Source: the human T2T-CHM13v2.0 reference genome, Homo sapiens
Assembly: GCF_009914755.1 (NCBI RefSeq)
Contig: NC_060939.1
Direction: 5' to 3' (one strand)
DNA length: 64,000 nucleotides
Each line of letters begins with the position of its first letter. Position 1 is the first letter of the stretch. Under the pieces are notes generated by a model, which saw only the letters and a program-made list of their open reading frames with translations, was not told the origin of the DNA and searched no databases. Position numbers and translations under genes: made by a program. Shown in pieces: positions 31,772 to 46,237 of the stretch.

Positions 31772-34214
31772 TGAAACCTTACTGGGGTTTTGATAGGAAT
31801 TGTATTAAACCTGTGGATCAACTTGGGGAGAATGGACATCTTTACTATGATGAACTTCTAATTCATAAATACACTGTGTCTCTGTTTAGGTCTTTGAATC
31901 CTTTCATTAACATTTTGTGATTTTCAACACATAGATCTTATATGTTTTGTTAATTGTATACCTAAATGTTTTTCTTATATGTTTTGTTAATTGTATACCT
32001 AAATGTTTTGTTTAGAGCAATTGTAAATACTATTGTGTTTTTAATTTTGGTTACTGCATGTCCATTGTATATAGACATGCTATTAATTTTCATTTGTTGT
32101 TCTTGTATCCTGTTACATAGACATATTTAATTCTTTATGTAAATTCCCTGGAGTTTTTTAATGTTGACATCATGTCATCTACAAATAGGAAGGGATTTAT
32201 TTCTTCCTCTTCAATCTATATGTCTTTTCTTTTTCTTCCCTTATTTCTGTGGCTAGAACCTCCAATTCTATATGGAATACAATGGTAGTAGAGTACATCC
32301 TTGCCTTGTTTCAGATATTAACCAAAACACATACACTCTTTCACTTTTAGTATATTGTTGGCTGGGGTTTCTTGCAGGCATTTTTTATCAAATTGAGATA
32401 ATTCTACTCTTGCTAACTTGCTGATAATTTGTATCATGACTAGATATTGGAGTATGTTAAATTTTTTTTGTGTCAATTGATCACATTAGCCTGTTGATAC
32501 GATAGATTATATTGATTGATTTTTAAATATTGAACCAGCCCTGTTTCTGCAATAAATCCCACTTGGTCATGGTGTATAATTTTTGATACGTTGTTGGACT
32601 TGGTTTGCTAATATTCAGTTGAGGAATTTTGCATTTAAGTTCATTAGAGATAATAGTCTGTAGGTCGGTGGGGGTTTTCTTGGTACTGTTTTTGTTTAAT
32701 ATTGGTGTCAAGGTAATACTGGCCTCATTAAAATAAGTTGGGAAGTACTCCCTCATATTCTGTTTTCTGGAAAAGACTGTAAAATTGGTGTTAGTTCGTT
32801 TTTAGATGGTAGAATTTTTCATTGAAACTATTTCAATATGAAGATCTCTTCAGAAGATTTTAAATTACAAATTCAGTTTCTTTAATTGTTATACGACTAT
32901 TCAGGTTATCTATTTCATCATGGTTGAATTTTTATAATTTGTGATTTTTAAATAATCGGTCAATTTCTTTTAAGTTGTCTAACTTATGAGCATAAAGTTG
33001 TTCTTAGTACCTCAGTTATTCTTTTAAAGGCTGCAGGAACTTTAGCAGTATCCCGTTTCATTCCTGTAATGGATTTGTGGCTTTGCTCTTTTGTCAGTCT
33101 TGCTAGAGATGTATCAATTGTATTGGTTTTTAGAAAAGTAGTTTTTGTTTCACTGATTTTTCTTCTATTTTCAATTTTATTTCTGTTGTCATTTTCTTTT
33201 TGCTTGCTTTGGGTTTATTTTGCTCTCCCTTCTTTAGTCTCTGGAGGTAGGAACTTCAATTATTGATTTGAGATTTTTCCTCCTTTGTAAAGTCCAGACT
33301 TTTGAAAAGACTTCAGTTCACTATAGTATAAAGTTTTGGTTTTATAAAATTTAACATTATTTATTAAATTATTCAAATTTATACATACTTTTTTGTTTAA
33401 CTTTCAAAGGTTGAATATCTCCAACTGTCATGTTTTTGGATATTTTTGTGTTTCTAAATGGTTTCTGTGTTATAATAGGGTATTGCTGTATCAATTGGTT
33501 CATAAGGTTCGTAACTGTTAAAGTCTTAGATCTTCGAGATTCATTTCATCAACATTATATGAGCCCATCTCCAAATTATAGAAATCCAGTGAGAGAAAAG
33601 AGAATTGCCTAAGCTTATTTAGTTTTATTCTGGCAGTTTAGAAATCTAGCAACCTGTGGGGACCCAAGAAAAAGCTGAGTCAGGAAGCCTGTGCCCGATT
33701 GTTTTTTGTTATTTTTTAGTGTGCCTACCAGGAGTCAGAGCCATATTAATTCCTAATTAGGAGTCAGTTTTGACAATGCCCTCCCCTTTTGTGGGTAGAA
33801 TTCCCCTACAGTATCTATAAAAGGTGGTGACATTCTTGTTCTTTGACCTCTAGTCCTTGATATATTTCCAAGATGTCCTGGTGGAATCCCAGTATATCTC
33901 ACCTCACATTCCCCTCATCCCATGTCGTCGTTGCTTTCTAGTCATTCACTTTCGTTAATAGTTACAGGTCTCTAATGGTTTTCTATTTTATTTTTCAGTT
34001 AGTTTGGTAAGTTACAGTTTTTTAGGAAATTGGCTTGTTTCACTTAAGTTTTCATATTCAGGGTCATAAACCTTTATATTGTATTCTTTATTAATTTTTA
34101 AATCTTTACTTTTAGTTTTGTCCCTCTTTTTCTTCCTAACATAGTTTATTTGTACTTTTTCTTTTTTTCTTGTCCATTTCACTGGTCTTTGCAAATAATC
34201 AGCTGTTGGCAAGG

Positions 34215-34745
34215 ATACTCTCAAGCCCTCTTGTATACCTTTTACCTAAATTCTCCAATTTTTAACATTTGCCACACTGAATGTATCATTTTCTCCCTCT
34301 CCCGCACGCACACACCCACATACACAAAAAACACTTTTTTTCTGAACTATGTGATGTAAGTTGCATTACAGCCTGCTTTTTACCCTAATTGTTCAGTGTA
34401 TTTTTCCTAAGAACAAGGATATTCTCTTACAAAATTATAGTGTATTTATCATATTTAGGAAATTAACATAAATACAGTCTTTAATCTACAGTCCCTATTC
34501 CAGTTTTTACAACCGTCCATGTAATGTTCTTATGACAATTTTGTTTCTTCAGTATAAGATAATGTAGCATTTAACTGCCATAGCTCTTTAGTCTTCTGTA
34601 AAATGGAGCAGTGCCTCAGTCTTTAATGACATAGACATATTTAAAGAATACTGGGCAGTTATTTTATAGAATGTTTCTCAATTTGGATTTTTCTAATGTT
34701 TCCCCATGATTAGATTCATATTATTCATCCTTGCCCAGAATATCA
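34215..34745 (-). mobile_element. L1MC-like 3' UTR fragment
   Basis: cagtgtatttttcctaagaacaaggatattctcttac...gcatttaactgcca...ttccccatgattagattca. Confidence 0.7.
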
Positions 34746-34894
34746 TATAACATCTTGTGCTAGAAAGTAAAGTTGTACTCAATGGGTGAAATCTTGTTGA
34801 AAAGACACAAGTCAGCATGAAGGAGTTCCCTTTATCCAATTAAAGTAGGATAAATGATTATAATTCATTGACTAAAACAGGAATTCATATTATC

Positions 34895-34952
34895 CGTTAC
34901 GTTATATTATATTATCTGTTATATTATATTCTATATTATATCATATTATATT
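34895..34952. repeat. Degenerate (ATATT)n repeat
   Basis: tatattatattatctgttatattatattctatattatatcatattatattc. Confidence 0.8.
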
Positions 34953-37134
34953 CTAAACAAGCAAGCAAATGGTGAAAAAGTAGTTCTTCCTTTCTGTAGA
35001 TATTTTTAAATGAATTCATACTCTTTATTTCTTAATACATTTTTGGGTTTATTATATTCATTTTTAACATTTTAAATTGGACATTGAGTTCATTTTATTT
35101 TCAGATTTTGATTTTCACTCTAAGCTTTTTAAACTACAAATTTCCTTTTTGGCTTCTTGTTTTGGATTGTTGCACTACACAAATTTTTATATGGAGTTAA
35201 TTTCATTATCTTTTAGGTCTAAGGGTTTTCTAATTCTCATGCTGATTTATTTGATTCACTTGTCATTTAGAAGCAGGTGTAATTTCTTTCAAAAGAACAG
35301 GTATTTTAAACTAAAGTTGTATTGCATTATGTTTAGAGATGATAGCCTATGCAATAACAGTTATATTTGTCAAGATATATGTTATATTGTGGGTAAATGA
35401 TTAATTTACCTAAGTGTTCCACATATTTTAGAAGAATGTATTTTTCAAGTAATTCATACAGGTTTCTGCATGTGTCCCATAGGTCAGATGTTTTAATGGT
35501 GATATTCAAATCTGCTTTATCTTTACTAATTTTGTGTCTATTTCATCTATCAATTATTGAGACATATATTCAGATATGTTACTCTGATTATAGATTTGTC
35601 AAGTTTTTCTTGTGTTTATTCTTGCCTAATAAAAATGTATGGATTATATTTCTACTAAGTGAACTTTATTCATTATACCTTTTAGCCTAAGAGTCCATTT
35701 TGCTTATTACTGTCAGCATCCACCACCTTTTCCCAATATTATAATGTCAAGTTTAATTCCAGCTGAACACTTTTTCATATCCTTGTAGTCATGTGAGCCT
35801 CCAGTTAAATTTTATTCCTCTATTGGTTGTTTGTTCTAATTTTTATTATTTGCACACATACGTGTATACTTTCTCACCTCATTTATTTAAGTAGGATCTA
35901 GGTAGAAGTATGGGTTTATTGGAGTATGGGAACTGTAGATACTGGTGTTCCAGTTACTATCTTTTTGAGTGAAAATAAAATACCTATGTATGTCTGACTG
36001 TCAAATATTTGATCTCTTTTGTAACTTGCTGTTTTTTATATTAACTATTTAGTCATACAAAAATAATGTGTGTTAAAATAAAGTGCCATAATTATGAAAA
36101 TATGATACCATTTTCTTTCCTTCTCTCCTCCTTTATTCCTTTTTTTCTCCCTCCTTCCCTTCCTTTTGTGGTAGCTGAAGGTAACGGAACTGCTATTGTG
36201 TGAGAATCACTGCCATTGCTGTTTCTGTTACTTTTATTTTTCAATGTCTAAAGTCCCACTCAGCTCAGAACACAGTGTTAAACACAAATTTATATTAATA
36301 GACAATTGTAAAAACATGTATTTGATAACATAATTCTATATAGAATGTCATAATGTATTTCTTAAAGGGTACAGGTTTTTATGTCATTCAGAAAATTAAA
36401 GTTCATTATAAGGGCAACTATTTGAGATATCAGTTATTGACTTTGGTTATCAAGTAATTTAATCTGAATTTGGAATTATTATTTTAAAAATGAAATTATT
36501 TTTCATTGGATTCAAAGGTATTTCAGAAAGTTACTAGTAAAAATTTTTATGTCTGGTTACCAAGCATACTACTTCTTAGATAACACTATTTGTGAACATA
36601 TAATTATCTACTCGTAAGATAGCAACTACAATGTAGTACTTAGTAATTTAAAAGTATATATTTAATTGTACTCTCTTCTTCCAAATTATTAGTTGTTATT
36701 AGTGAAACAAAATGCACTTACACCCATTTTTGGCTTGGTCTATTTTAAATGCTTCTGGCATGCAACACAGTTATTTTACGATGGGAGTTTTGCTCTATAT
36801 TTCCCAAAATAACTTGGAATAAGTCTTCAGAAGTTGTAGTTACTTAGTAATCACAGTTTCTCCCCTTTTTTCCCCCTCTGTAAATTCTCACCCTGGAACT
36901 TTCAGATGAAGGAAAAGGGTTGGAGATTGAAGCATTTTTACAGCCTTTAGAATCCATTAACAAACTCTTCAGAATTTACTCACATAAGTTCTTTGAAGTG
37001 CTTAATAGTTGTATCTGTCACTCAAACACCTCTGTCTCCATACTCAAAAATCCTCTTCATAAATAATGATCTCCCATCCTCGCATAGCAAGTAACCTATT
37101 GTGGGGTAGTGGCATCACCTAGTCACCAACATCA

Positions 37135-37300
37135 CCATCACTACTAAGATTTATTGAAGATTTACTATGTGTCGGGCAGTATTTTGAATACTTTATTAGT
37201 TCATCTAATTCTCAAAAGTCAGCTGGATGGTGAGTGGTAGAGACTGGATGGGACCCAGCAGGTCTTGGCTACAAAGCCTACAAGCTTAACTAATTACTAT
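37135..37300 (-). mobile_element. MIR fragment
   Basis: atttattgaagatttactatgtgtcgggcagtatttt...tgagtggtagagactgg. Confidence 0.55.
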
Positions 37301-39724
37301 ACTGAATTCTTACACAGTAGTAACTGTTTTCTTCTTCCTTGGGAAGTGAATGTGTCATGTTCCTGGCCTGTTCTATTTTTCATAGCTTAATCATTTTATT
37401 TTGAACACTTTTCACTCATATAAAAATCAATTTTTGTTAAACACCTTCTTCCGCTGTCTCTTAACCTGGTGTAGTATAAGGAAACCGTTTGTTTTCCCTC
37501 TCCCTTCATCTGTATCAGATTTTAATAAATTTATGTCAACAGTATTTTCAGTTTTCTTGAAGTCCAGAGTTCACCTGTTTATCTGTTTATCTGTATTTTC
37601 GTAAATAACATCTGTTTAATGTTAACAGACAAAAACATAAAAAATAAAAATAGATTTTAAAAGTTATTTTTGTTACCACTGGATTGAAAGACTTTAAGAT
37701 CTTCTTAAAATATCTGTGGTTCCAAAAATATTTACCTTGCTAGTAAAGAATTTAGACTTGTATGTCTTAAGCAACTTAGATTTGTTAAGATCTGTGTTGG
37801 AATGCAAAGTTGTGCTACCAAATACACCACATAACTGTATTTTCCTCCTTTATTATTATAGTCACTTTCCTAAAGCCGGCTCCAGCCAGTCTATTTGCAG
37901 CAATTATATTGTACTCCAACCTGGCCAGATCTGTTTGTAAAAGTCTGAATTTTTCTTCATGCAATCAGTATAAACATTTAAGTGCTTTTGAATTTGTTGC
38001 GGCTTTTTCTAGTTTACAATTTTCCATTATATGGTTTTTTTTTTTTTTTTTTTTTTTTTTGGTTAATGTCTTTATTTCTAATCCCTGTGCATTTGTAGAT
38101 GATGAAAAGTTCAAAAAGTTCTAGTACTAATAATAAAACATTAATTTGTTCTTTGTCAACCAGCCACATTTTTAATGGATCAGTGAAGGGTTATTCGTGT
38201 CATATTATTTTGGCATCATATTCTTTATAGTTATTCTTGTTGATTGAGTCCTACATTTAATATTTACTTTACAGTAGCTGTCTACACTTCTGATGTCTTT
38301 CCAGTTTATTAATATAAACTATATTTTGAGTAAAAAAGAGGGTGAGGCCACTGGTTGGCTTTTAAATTTATCTTTACTATCTATTTTATGAATGTCCTTC
38401 ATTAATACGATGGGGACCTGATGAAATTCACACCCACAACTAATTAATACTAGCAAGAAGTTTATTCAGCTTTTAATTAGAATTAGGGATATATTCCAAT
38501 AGACTGAATATTTTTAAGATTATGTTTTTAATAGCTTCTGGCAATGGCCTTTAGGATAGTCTTAACAAGACTTAGAATTATTTATTTCCTTTTGCACCAT
38601 GTCTTGTCTTACAAAGAAGACAAGATGTTAATTGCCATTGGTAATTAGTCTAACTTCCTATTGGCCAGAAGTAATGTATCCCTTTACCTCATTTCTCCTA
38701 CAAAGTAAATAATTCACTTGGTAATATGGCATTGGTTGTTTTTAATCTCTTGTCAAAGATGTAATTGCTATTTCCTACAGTTTGTTTGCTAATTATGCCA
38801 ATCTCAAATATGGTAATTCAGCATTGAACTCTGCTTCCTGTATGATTGTTGTTACTAATATTACTATTATCTTAAGATACAGAATTAATACAGTGAAAAC
38901 TACATTGGGCTAAAGTCAGAACTTAGTGTTCTGATATAGTTGAGAAGGGACGTGAAAATAGCCAGCAGAATTCAGTAATTTTAAGAATCCTCTAGCCCTT
39001 AAAATTATTTTTGCTTTTCAGGAATGTAGATTTAGTTCTCATCAGATGATGAGTAAACATCTTCTGAGGCATTCTTTTTTTCTGCTTTCTTTTTTTTTTT
39101 TTTTTAACAACTTTCAACCCCATTGATTTTTTTTTTTAAGTTTGAAGTAGACAGTTCGTATCTGTCTCTGTTACTTAATCAAGGTGTACTATACATTGTG
39201 TTTAGTATGATGAAAGTACATTTTACAAAATGCTACTTAAAGTCAAAAGCAAAACAACTTTCTAATATATTGTGTCACTTAGATAAATAAGAAAATATTG
39301 TACATTGCATAGGGAACCTATGAGAATTATGTAAATGAGCAATAGACTGTTCTAGGAGGCATATCCTAAAAATTATCTACAAAGATGTTGGGTGATTGTG
39401 CCAATAGATTACCTTTTTTCTATTCCACTGCCTATTCCAAAATTCATTTTAGCAGCTACCATAGAAGTTTTTCCCTAAAGGATAATCAGTTTTATGGTAC
39501 ATTAAATATATAATGCCAACAGTATTTTCTCGTATTTTTATAGATAGACGTAAACAAGTTGAGATCTAGTTTATAATTAGTATGTTTTTGTACTGGTTGG
39601 TATGATATTTAAACTCAGTATTTTCATGACTTTTACGTGGAACACATTTCTGCATGGGTATTTATGTGAGTCAAAGAGCTAGTTCATTGGCCTCTTCATT
39701 TCCTCAGTGCATTTTAAAGCTCAT

Positions 39725-40190
39725 TTTTATTGATTTATTTACAATTTCATCTTTTAGATTCAAGGGGTACATGTGCAGATTTTGTTACCTGGGTATATTG
39801 GGTAATGCTGAGGTTTGGGCAATAATGGATTTTGACACCCATGTACTCAATAGGTTTTGAACTCTTACCTCCCTCCTTCTCTTTCCCCTGTAGTAGTTCC
39901 CAGTGTCTATTATTGCCATCTTTGTGTCTATGAGTATTCATTGTTAGCTCCCTCTTATAAGTAAGAACATGTGGTGTTTGGCTTTCGGTTCCTACATTAA
40001 TTTGCTTAGGATAATGGCCTCTAACTGTATCCATGTTGCTGCAAAGCACATGATTTCATTCTTCTGTATGTCTGTTTAGTATCCCATGGTATATGTTTTA
40101 TAAGTATATACATACCACATTTTCTTTATTTAATCCACCATTGATGGACACCTAGGTTGATTCCATGTCTTTGCTATTGTGAATAGTGCT
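39725..40190 (-). mobile_element. L1PA15/16-like 3' end
   Basis: ttttagattcaaggggtacatgtgcag...gcttaggataatggcctc...ggttgattccatgtctttgctattgtgaatagtgct. Confidence 0.9.
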
Positions 40191-40674
40191 TGAACTTATT
40201 TTTAAAACTACTTTTTCTGTGAGTGTTGGGAGGCTCTAAACAATAGATGCCATTTGAAGACAAGATTAGGGTAGATCACATTGAAATTTTATTTGAGAGT
40301 TAATAGTTGAAAATATTAATTTTGTAAAATAGAAGAGGGGGCTAATTCAGTAATATTTTCATGTATTAAAAATTAATTTGGTGTTATTATATATTAAAAA
40401 ACTAGAATCAAACTGTTTTTATGTCTTCCCCTTTTTAACAATTCCAATTTAGCATTGTTTTACAAAATACTGCTTTTCCCACTGTTTATGAATATAGTAT
40501 AAATGTTGCAGTAATTTATGACACTACCATTTACTTCCCCTTGAATTCTAGAACTTAATCGTGAATTGTTGTTGTTGTTGCAAAATGGTTGTAACAAATA
40601 TTTAATAGTAAATCTGTGTAAAATGCTTTAGCAAAGTGCCGACTCAAAAAAGCTCTGGATACATGTAAATTATT

Positions 40675-40964
40675 TTCTTTTTTTGAGACAGAGTTTTACT
40701 CTTGCTGCCTAGGCTGGAGTGCAATGGCATGATCTCGGCTCACTGCAACCTCTGCCTCCCAGGTTGAAGTGATTCTCCTGGCTCAGCCTCTCGAGTAGCT
40801 GAGATTACAGGTTCCCACCACCACGCCCGGCTAATTTTTGTATTTTAGTGGAGACGGGTTTCACTATGTTGGTCAGGATGGTCTTGAACTCCTGACCTCA
40901 GTTGATCCACCCGCCTCAGCCTCCCACAGGGCTGGGATTACAGGCGTGAGCCACTGTGCCTGGC
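40675..40964 (-). mobile_element. AluSq/Sp-like SINE
   Basis: Full antisense dimer; imperfect TSD gtaaattattttct / gttaattcttttct. Confidence 0.95.
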
Positions 40965-41124
40965 GGTTAATTCTTTTCTAATACACATAGAGTCATCAAA
41001 GTATAGGAAGCAAAAGTCTTGAGAGAATTTCACTGCATTGCCTATAAACGGGCAGGACTGAACCTTAGTCACATTTTTGGTTATTTCTGAATTAATAAAA
41101 CTTACTACCAAGAATTATTATATT

Positions 41125-41522
41125 CAGTGGTATGCTGATAAAAGGTTTAACAATCAGCTTTCAAGAGGGGACACAAGTCAATGATTTATAGCATTTACAT
41201 ACCTCTACCATGGCTGCTTTTACTCAACATGCCATCATTGCATATAGCATTGGGAAGAAATGAGCAGCAGTGTGGCATTATATAGTATTTCCACCGTACA
41301 GATATGACAGACATAAACTACCTCAAGAACCTAGGTAATTGTAAAAATATAGTAAAATAATTAGGAACTGATGAGTTTTGTGTATTTATTATTTTATTTT
41401 TAATGCAATTTATTTCATTGTAGAGTTATATATTCTAGCTTTTAACAATGGCTTCCAAAATTCTTGAAAATTTAATATCTGGCTCTTGGGAGCCAGTATA
41501 AGCAGACTCTAGCAGACCTCCC
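41125..41522 (-). mobile_element. MER63-like hAT DNA transposon
   Basis: Ends cagtggtatgctg and aaaattcttgaaaatttaatatctggctcttgggagccagtataagcagactctagcagac. Confidence 0.7.
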
Positions 41523-42149
41523 CTCCAAAAGTATAAATTAGAGATTCCTAGTCCATGATCTGTGAATGAGTTCCTTGGGAAGTGCATAAAGCCTAAAAGA
41601 TTTCTGAGGAGAAGTATTGGTTGAGTACCTAATGTTTGTCTGCCACTGTAGTTTAAGGATTTGGCAAACAGACAAAGACCAGCTCATGCAGGGCCTAGTA
41701 GGTCATAGTAAGAATTTTAGTCTTGAAAGCATTGAAAAGACATTGAAACTAGGGAGTGGTCCAGTAAAGTTGCTATTTTTTTTTAAGAAAAATTATTACT
41801 CTACCTGCAGAGTAGTGCAATTACTATTAGTAATTCACTACTACTAGTAATATCTGAGGGGATCATCAGCAGTGCATGGAAGAGATGTGCAAGTGATAAT
41901 GGTGATTGGAAAAGAGTGGAGGTAATGAAAATACAACCTTTCACCAAATACCAGCTGAGCATTTATTATGTGTCATGTGCTACTATGGGTTTCATTTGAA
42001 TTATTTTTAATTCTTTTCCTCCTGTTTTCTTATAGGGGATTCTTAAAATAATTAAGGTGTGTAGTTCTAGTCTTTTTATTAGATTAATTGCAAAGATCAC
42101 TAATATATCCACTTTTGTTTTATTTGACAACTAACATATATTAAAAGCA

Positions 42150-42620
42150 TACTGTGAATATGATGAAAGACAGGCCCAGGAACGAAAGACTGAAGAAACC
42201 TTATAACTGTCCTGGAATGGATCCTATACTGGAAGGATTTTTAAAATGCTCTAAAAGGTGTTATTAGTATAGTAGGCAAAAGTGGAACGTGGTCTATGGA
42301 ACATGGTCTATAGATTAAAGTTCTGTGTTGGTTTTAAATTTCCTGAATGAGATCACCATACTGTGATTACATAAGAGAACAGTATTGCACTTAGGAAATA
42401 TACTCAAGTGTGTATTAAAGAGCAGTAGAACATAATATATGTAACTCCTTTGAAATAGTTCATAATAAAGTAAATTAAATGTTTATACATGGATATATGT
42501 GGAGAGAATGTTAAAAATTAATGTGATAAATCTGGATAAAGGGAAAACAGGAATTTTCTGTGTTATTCTTGTTACTTTTCTACAAATTTGAAATACTTTC
42601 AAAATAAAAAATTTAAAAAC
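42150..42620 (+). mobile_element. L1MC-like 3' UTR fragment
   Basis: taaatttcctga...cttaggaaatatac...ttttctacaaatttgaaatactttcaaaataaaaaa. Confidence 0.65.
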
Positions 42621-42879
42621 CAAGGGTATATTGCTTCATGCATTGCATGAAGCTCTTAACATGAATGCACATTCGGTCATTCCACTCTAAGCTCTGGGAT
42701 ATTTTAGTACTGCAATTTCTGTTTTACAGATGAGTAAACTAAGGCTTCAAAAGTTAGGTAACTCACTTAAATGCATATTTTGAAAAAGTGGCCAAGTGTA
42801 TTTGTTTTACTGCTGTGACCATTAAATCCTTACACAAAATATAAATACGTCTTTTAAGAAGTTTAGGAAAATGACTTTA

Positions 42880-43201
<322 letters not shown>

Positions 43202-43504
43202 TAAATTTCTATTATTACCAACCCCCTGCCTGTTTCCTGGAAGTAATTCCTGATATATTCCTCCAGAAATTTTGTATGCAATGGGAGTGTATATATGTGT
43301 GTATTCTTAAAATGGGAGTATAATAAGCATCCTGTTTATAATGTGCATTTTTTTATTCCATCTTAATCTCTTTATTGAGTGACTTTGTGAAGTAGACCAC
43401 TTTATTTAAAATACTAAAAATTATTCATTAAAAAGTAATAGCGTTGTATCACCTCAGTTTGTATTTATGAGCTACATTAGATGCATTTGATATATGTATA
43501 TTAA

Positions 43505-43708
<204 letters not shown>

Positions 43709-44698
43709 TGACTATTTTCTTAATTTATTTATCGGTTATATATAGTAGAGGTTATCTTTCTTAAAGTTGACCCAAAGTAGTTTTCACACTTTAACCATGT
43801 CAGCTTTTGTGATATGTGACCAGGCTTTGAAACCTCACAATAGATGAAGATAAAATAATAGATTCCTTAACGTGATTTGTATTTGTCACATCATAGTCTA
43901 TGTCAATTGCATGTATTATCTTGAAGAGTCCATCAACAGCTGACTTCAGATAATTCAAATGTTTTAAAATAAGAGCTTGAAGGAAGAGGGAATAGAAATG
44001 TACAGCTGCGAGAATCCCAGTTGGTATTCTACTTGTGTATGTATGACACCAGTCACATCCTTTTTTTGGGTAATTATATAGAACTTGTAATATTCAAATG
44101 TATGTAGACTCTAGTTATTCCATGACAAAAGTCTTTACTTGATTGATTTCATTATTGAGGATTGGCAGAGACCACAAGCTCATCTATTCCTTTGTTATCT
44201 TGCCAGTCTATTAAAATTATTAACTCAAAAGCATACAGGTTTTGAAGGGAAGAATAATGTTTTTTCATGTAAGACTGGCTTATGCTTACTTAAACAAAAA
44301 TCACATTAAAACCCATTTCTTCCCATAAAGGAAGAACTAAGACTTGATTTTTTTTTCTAATTAGGAGGAAAATTATTTCAATTTAACTAACTTTCTATAT
44401 AAAGTAACTGAAAGTGTGCTAGACTACGTTGTGATTTGTGTTATTTTGAAGATGTCATTTTAATAAGAAAATCTGAAAACATAAACTGTGAGACCAGTCA
44501 CAGGCAAGAACATGGAAATACATTGTACAAATCTGTTTTGATAGTGCATAAAACTGTAGTTAAGTAATTTATTTAGCTACTTTAAAAGATTAGAATTTGG
44601 TAAATGAGTAATTTTTTATTCTGATCCAGAAAAAATTACTATGAAGTAATAGTAGCCATTTTGTCTTTATTGTAAGACCCCATAAATTCTCCTTAGAT

Positions 44699-45060
44699 CA
44701 GTGTTCTTAACCTTGGCTACACATTAAAATCACCTGGGAAGCTTTTGAAGCTTAAAATGACTAGTCTGCACTCCAGACCAATTGAATCTATCTGGGGAAT
44801 AGAGTCGAGTCATCCCTTATTTTTCAAAAACTCCAAGAAAGTTCAAATATGGTGAAGAATTGTTCTCTAGTCAAGGAATTGTAATTTGAATTTGAAGAAA
44901 AAAAAATAAGAAACTTAAAAAAAAAATACATGATGTTCTGTGCCTCATTCCACAGAGATTCTGATATATTTTGGTTTGACGCCATACTCTGGCATCAGTG
45001 TATTTTTTGACAATTCCTCAGTTGATTCTAACCTTTAGCCAGGTTTGAAGAACCAGTGCT
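44699..45060. mobile_element. Two adjacent MER5A-like hAT-Charlie elements
   Basis: cagtgttcttaaccttggctacacattaaaatcacctggg and cagagattctgat...gattctaacctttagccaggtttgaagaaccagtg. Confidence 0.7.
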
Positions 45061-46049
45061 TTAAAGAGAGAGAAAAATAGTATCCATGGCTGCTGGAATT
45101 TATATGATTTAAAGTTTTGAATTACTTTTAAGTTTATGCTCATGTACCATAACAGTATACCTCTTTCACTAGGATCAAACAGATTGGGTTTAATGTTTTA
45201 AAAAATGATTTATAAGGAGTAGCTTACAAACTTCTAGGTAGAGTAGACTACAGTACTTAGTCTGCCTTGTTATTTTTGAACATTAAAAAACATTAGCTAG
45301 CATTATTATCAGCTGCTATATAGACTTTCAACAATCTCAAATTGCTTTTACTCGACCTTCTGTGACAAAAAGATAAAATATGCTGCTCTTTCCAAAGGGC
45401 GCATTTCTTCTTATCTCATGCCTACTCCGTGCTAAGCTGTGCCTCTCAAGGGTAGCATGAACTAAGAGTACTTTGCTAGGACAAATCCTTTCTTATTAAT
45501 TTATTGAAACTAAAGGTACTCTTAACAGCATGAAAATCTGTACAGAGACGTTGATGCAAAAAAGTCAGTAACAACAATTGGCCATTAACTGTCAATAGTG
45601 GATTAAAACTCATTTGTTTTCCATCTTAGCTAAAGCAACTAAAATCCTGGTTATGGGTACTAAATACTGTTTCCTGGGTCAAAGCATTTAGAAAAATTGA
45701 ATAAATCACATCTTAGCATCACCAGAGCAACGTAATTATAATCTGCCTAGTAATTTTGAGTATTTGGGAGAAACTAGGGGCAGGGGTAGCTAGAGATAGT
45801 ATACTTTCAGAGAAAACATCTCGTTAGTAAGCAGCTGGAAATTTACCTATAGAGGAGGGAAATAATTACATTATTCTCCATTATTCTAACAGGGGCAAAT
45901 ACAAGTGGCCAGTACCTTAATTGCCAGGCAGTCCAGAAAGATCTCTGATTAGTCTTCTAAAGTATTATAATGACATAATCAATTAGTCATTAATACTGGA
46001 CTCTAAGACAAAAATTCTATACTTAATTAACTTTTATCTATTTTCTTAG

Positions 46050-46096
46050 GATGCCCCGAATCAAAAAATGAAGCTGAAGGGGCAGATGACTTACAA
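46050..46096 (+). CDS. SPRED1: SPRED1 coding exon 4 (47 bp)
   Basis: (G)CPESKNEAEGADDLQ; acceptor ttttcttag at 46041-46049, consensus donor gtaagt at 46097; phase 1 matches the end of exon 3; too short to appear in the ORF track. Confidence 0.96.
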
Positions 46097-46237
46097 GTAA
46101 GTAATGGCTTGGAAGGAATTTGTAAACATAAAGGATGTGGAAGAAATCACTAGCCTTATTCAATAAACTTATCAATTACTAAGAATATTTCTAAGACATT
46201 GTATTTGTCAGATTTCTCCAGAAGAAAAGAACCAATA

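Noticed and set aside
32523-32756. Reverse-transcriptase-like peptide
   Set aside because: Short, frameshifted remnant of L1 ORF2 in an old truncated element
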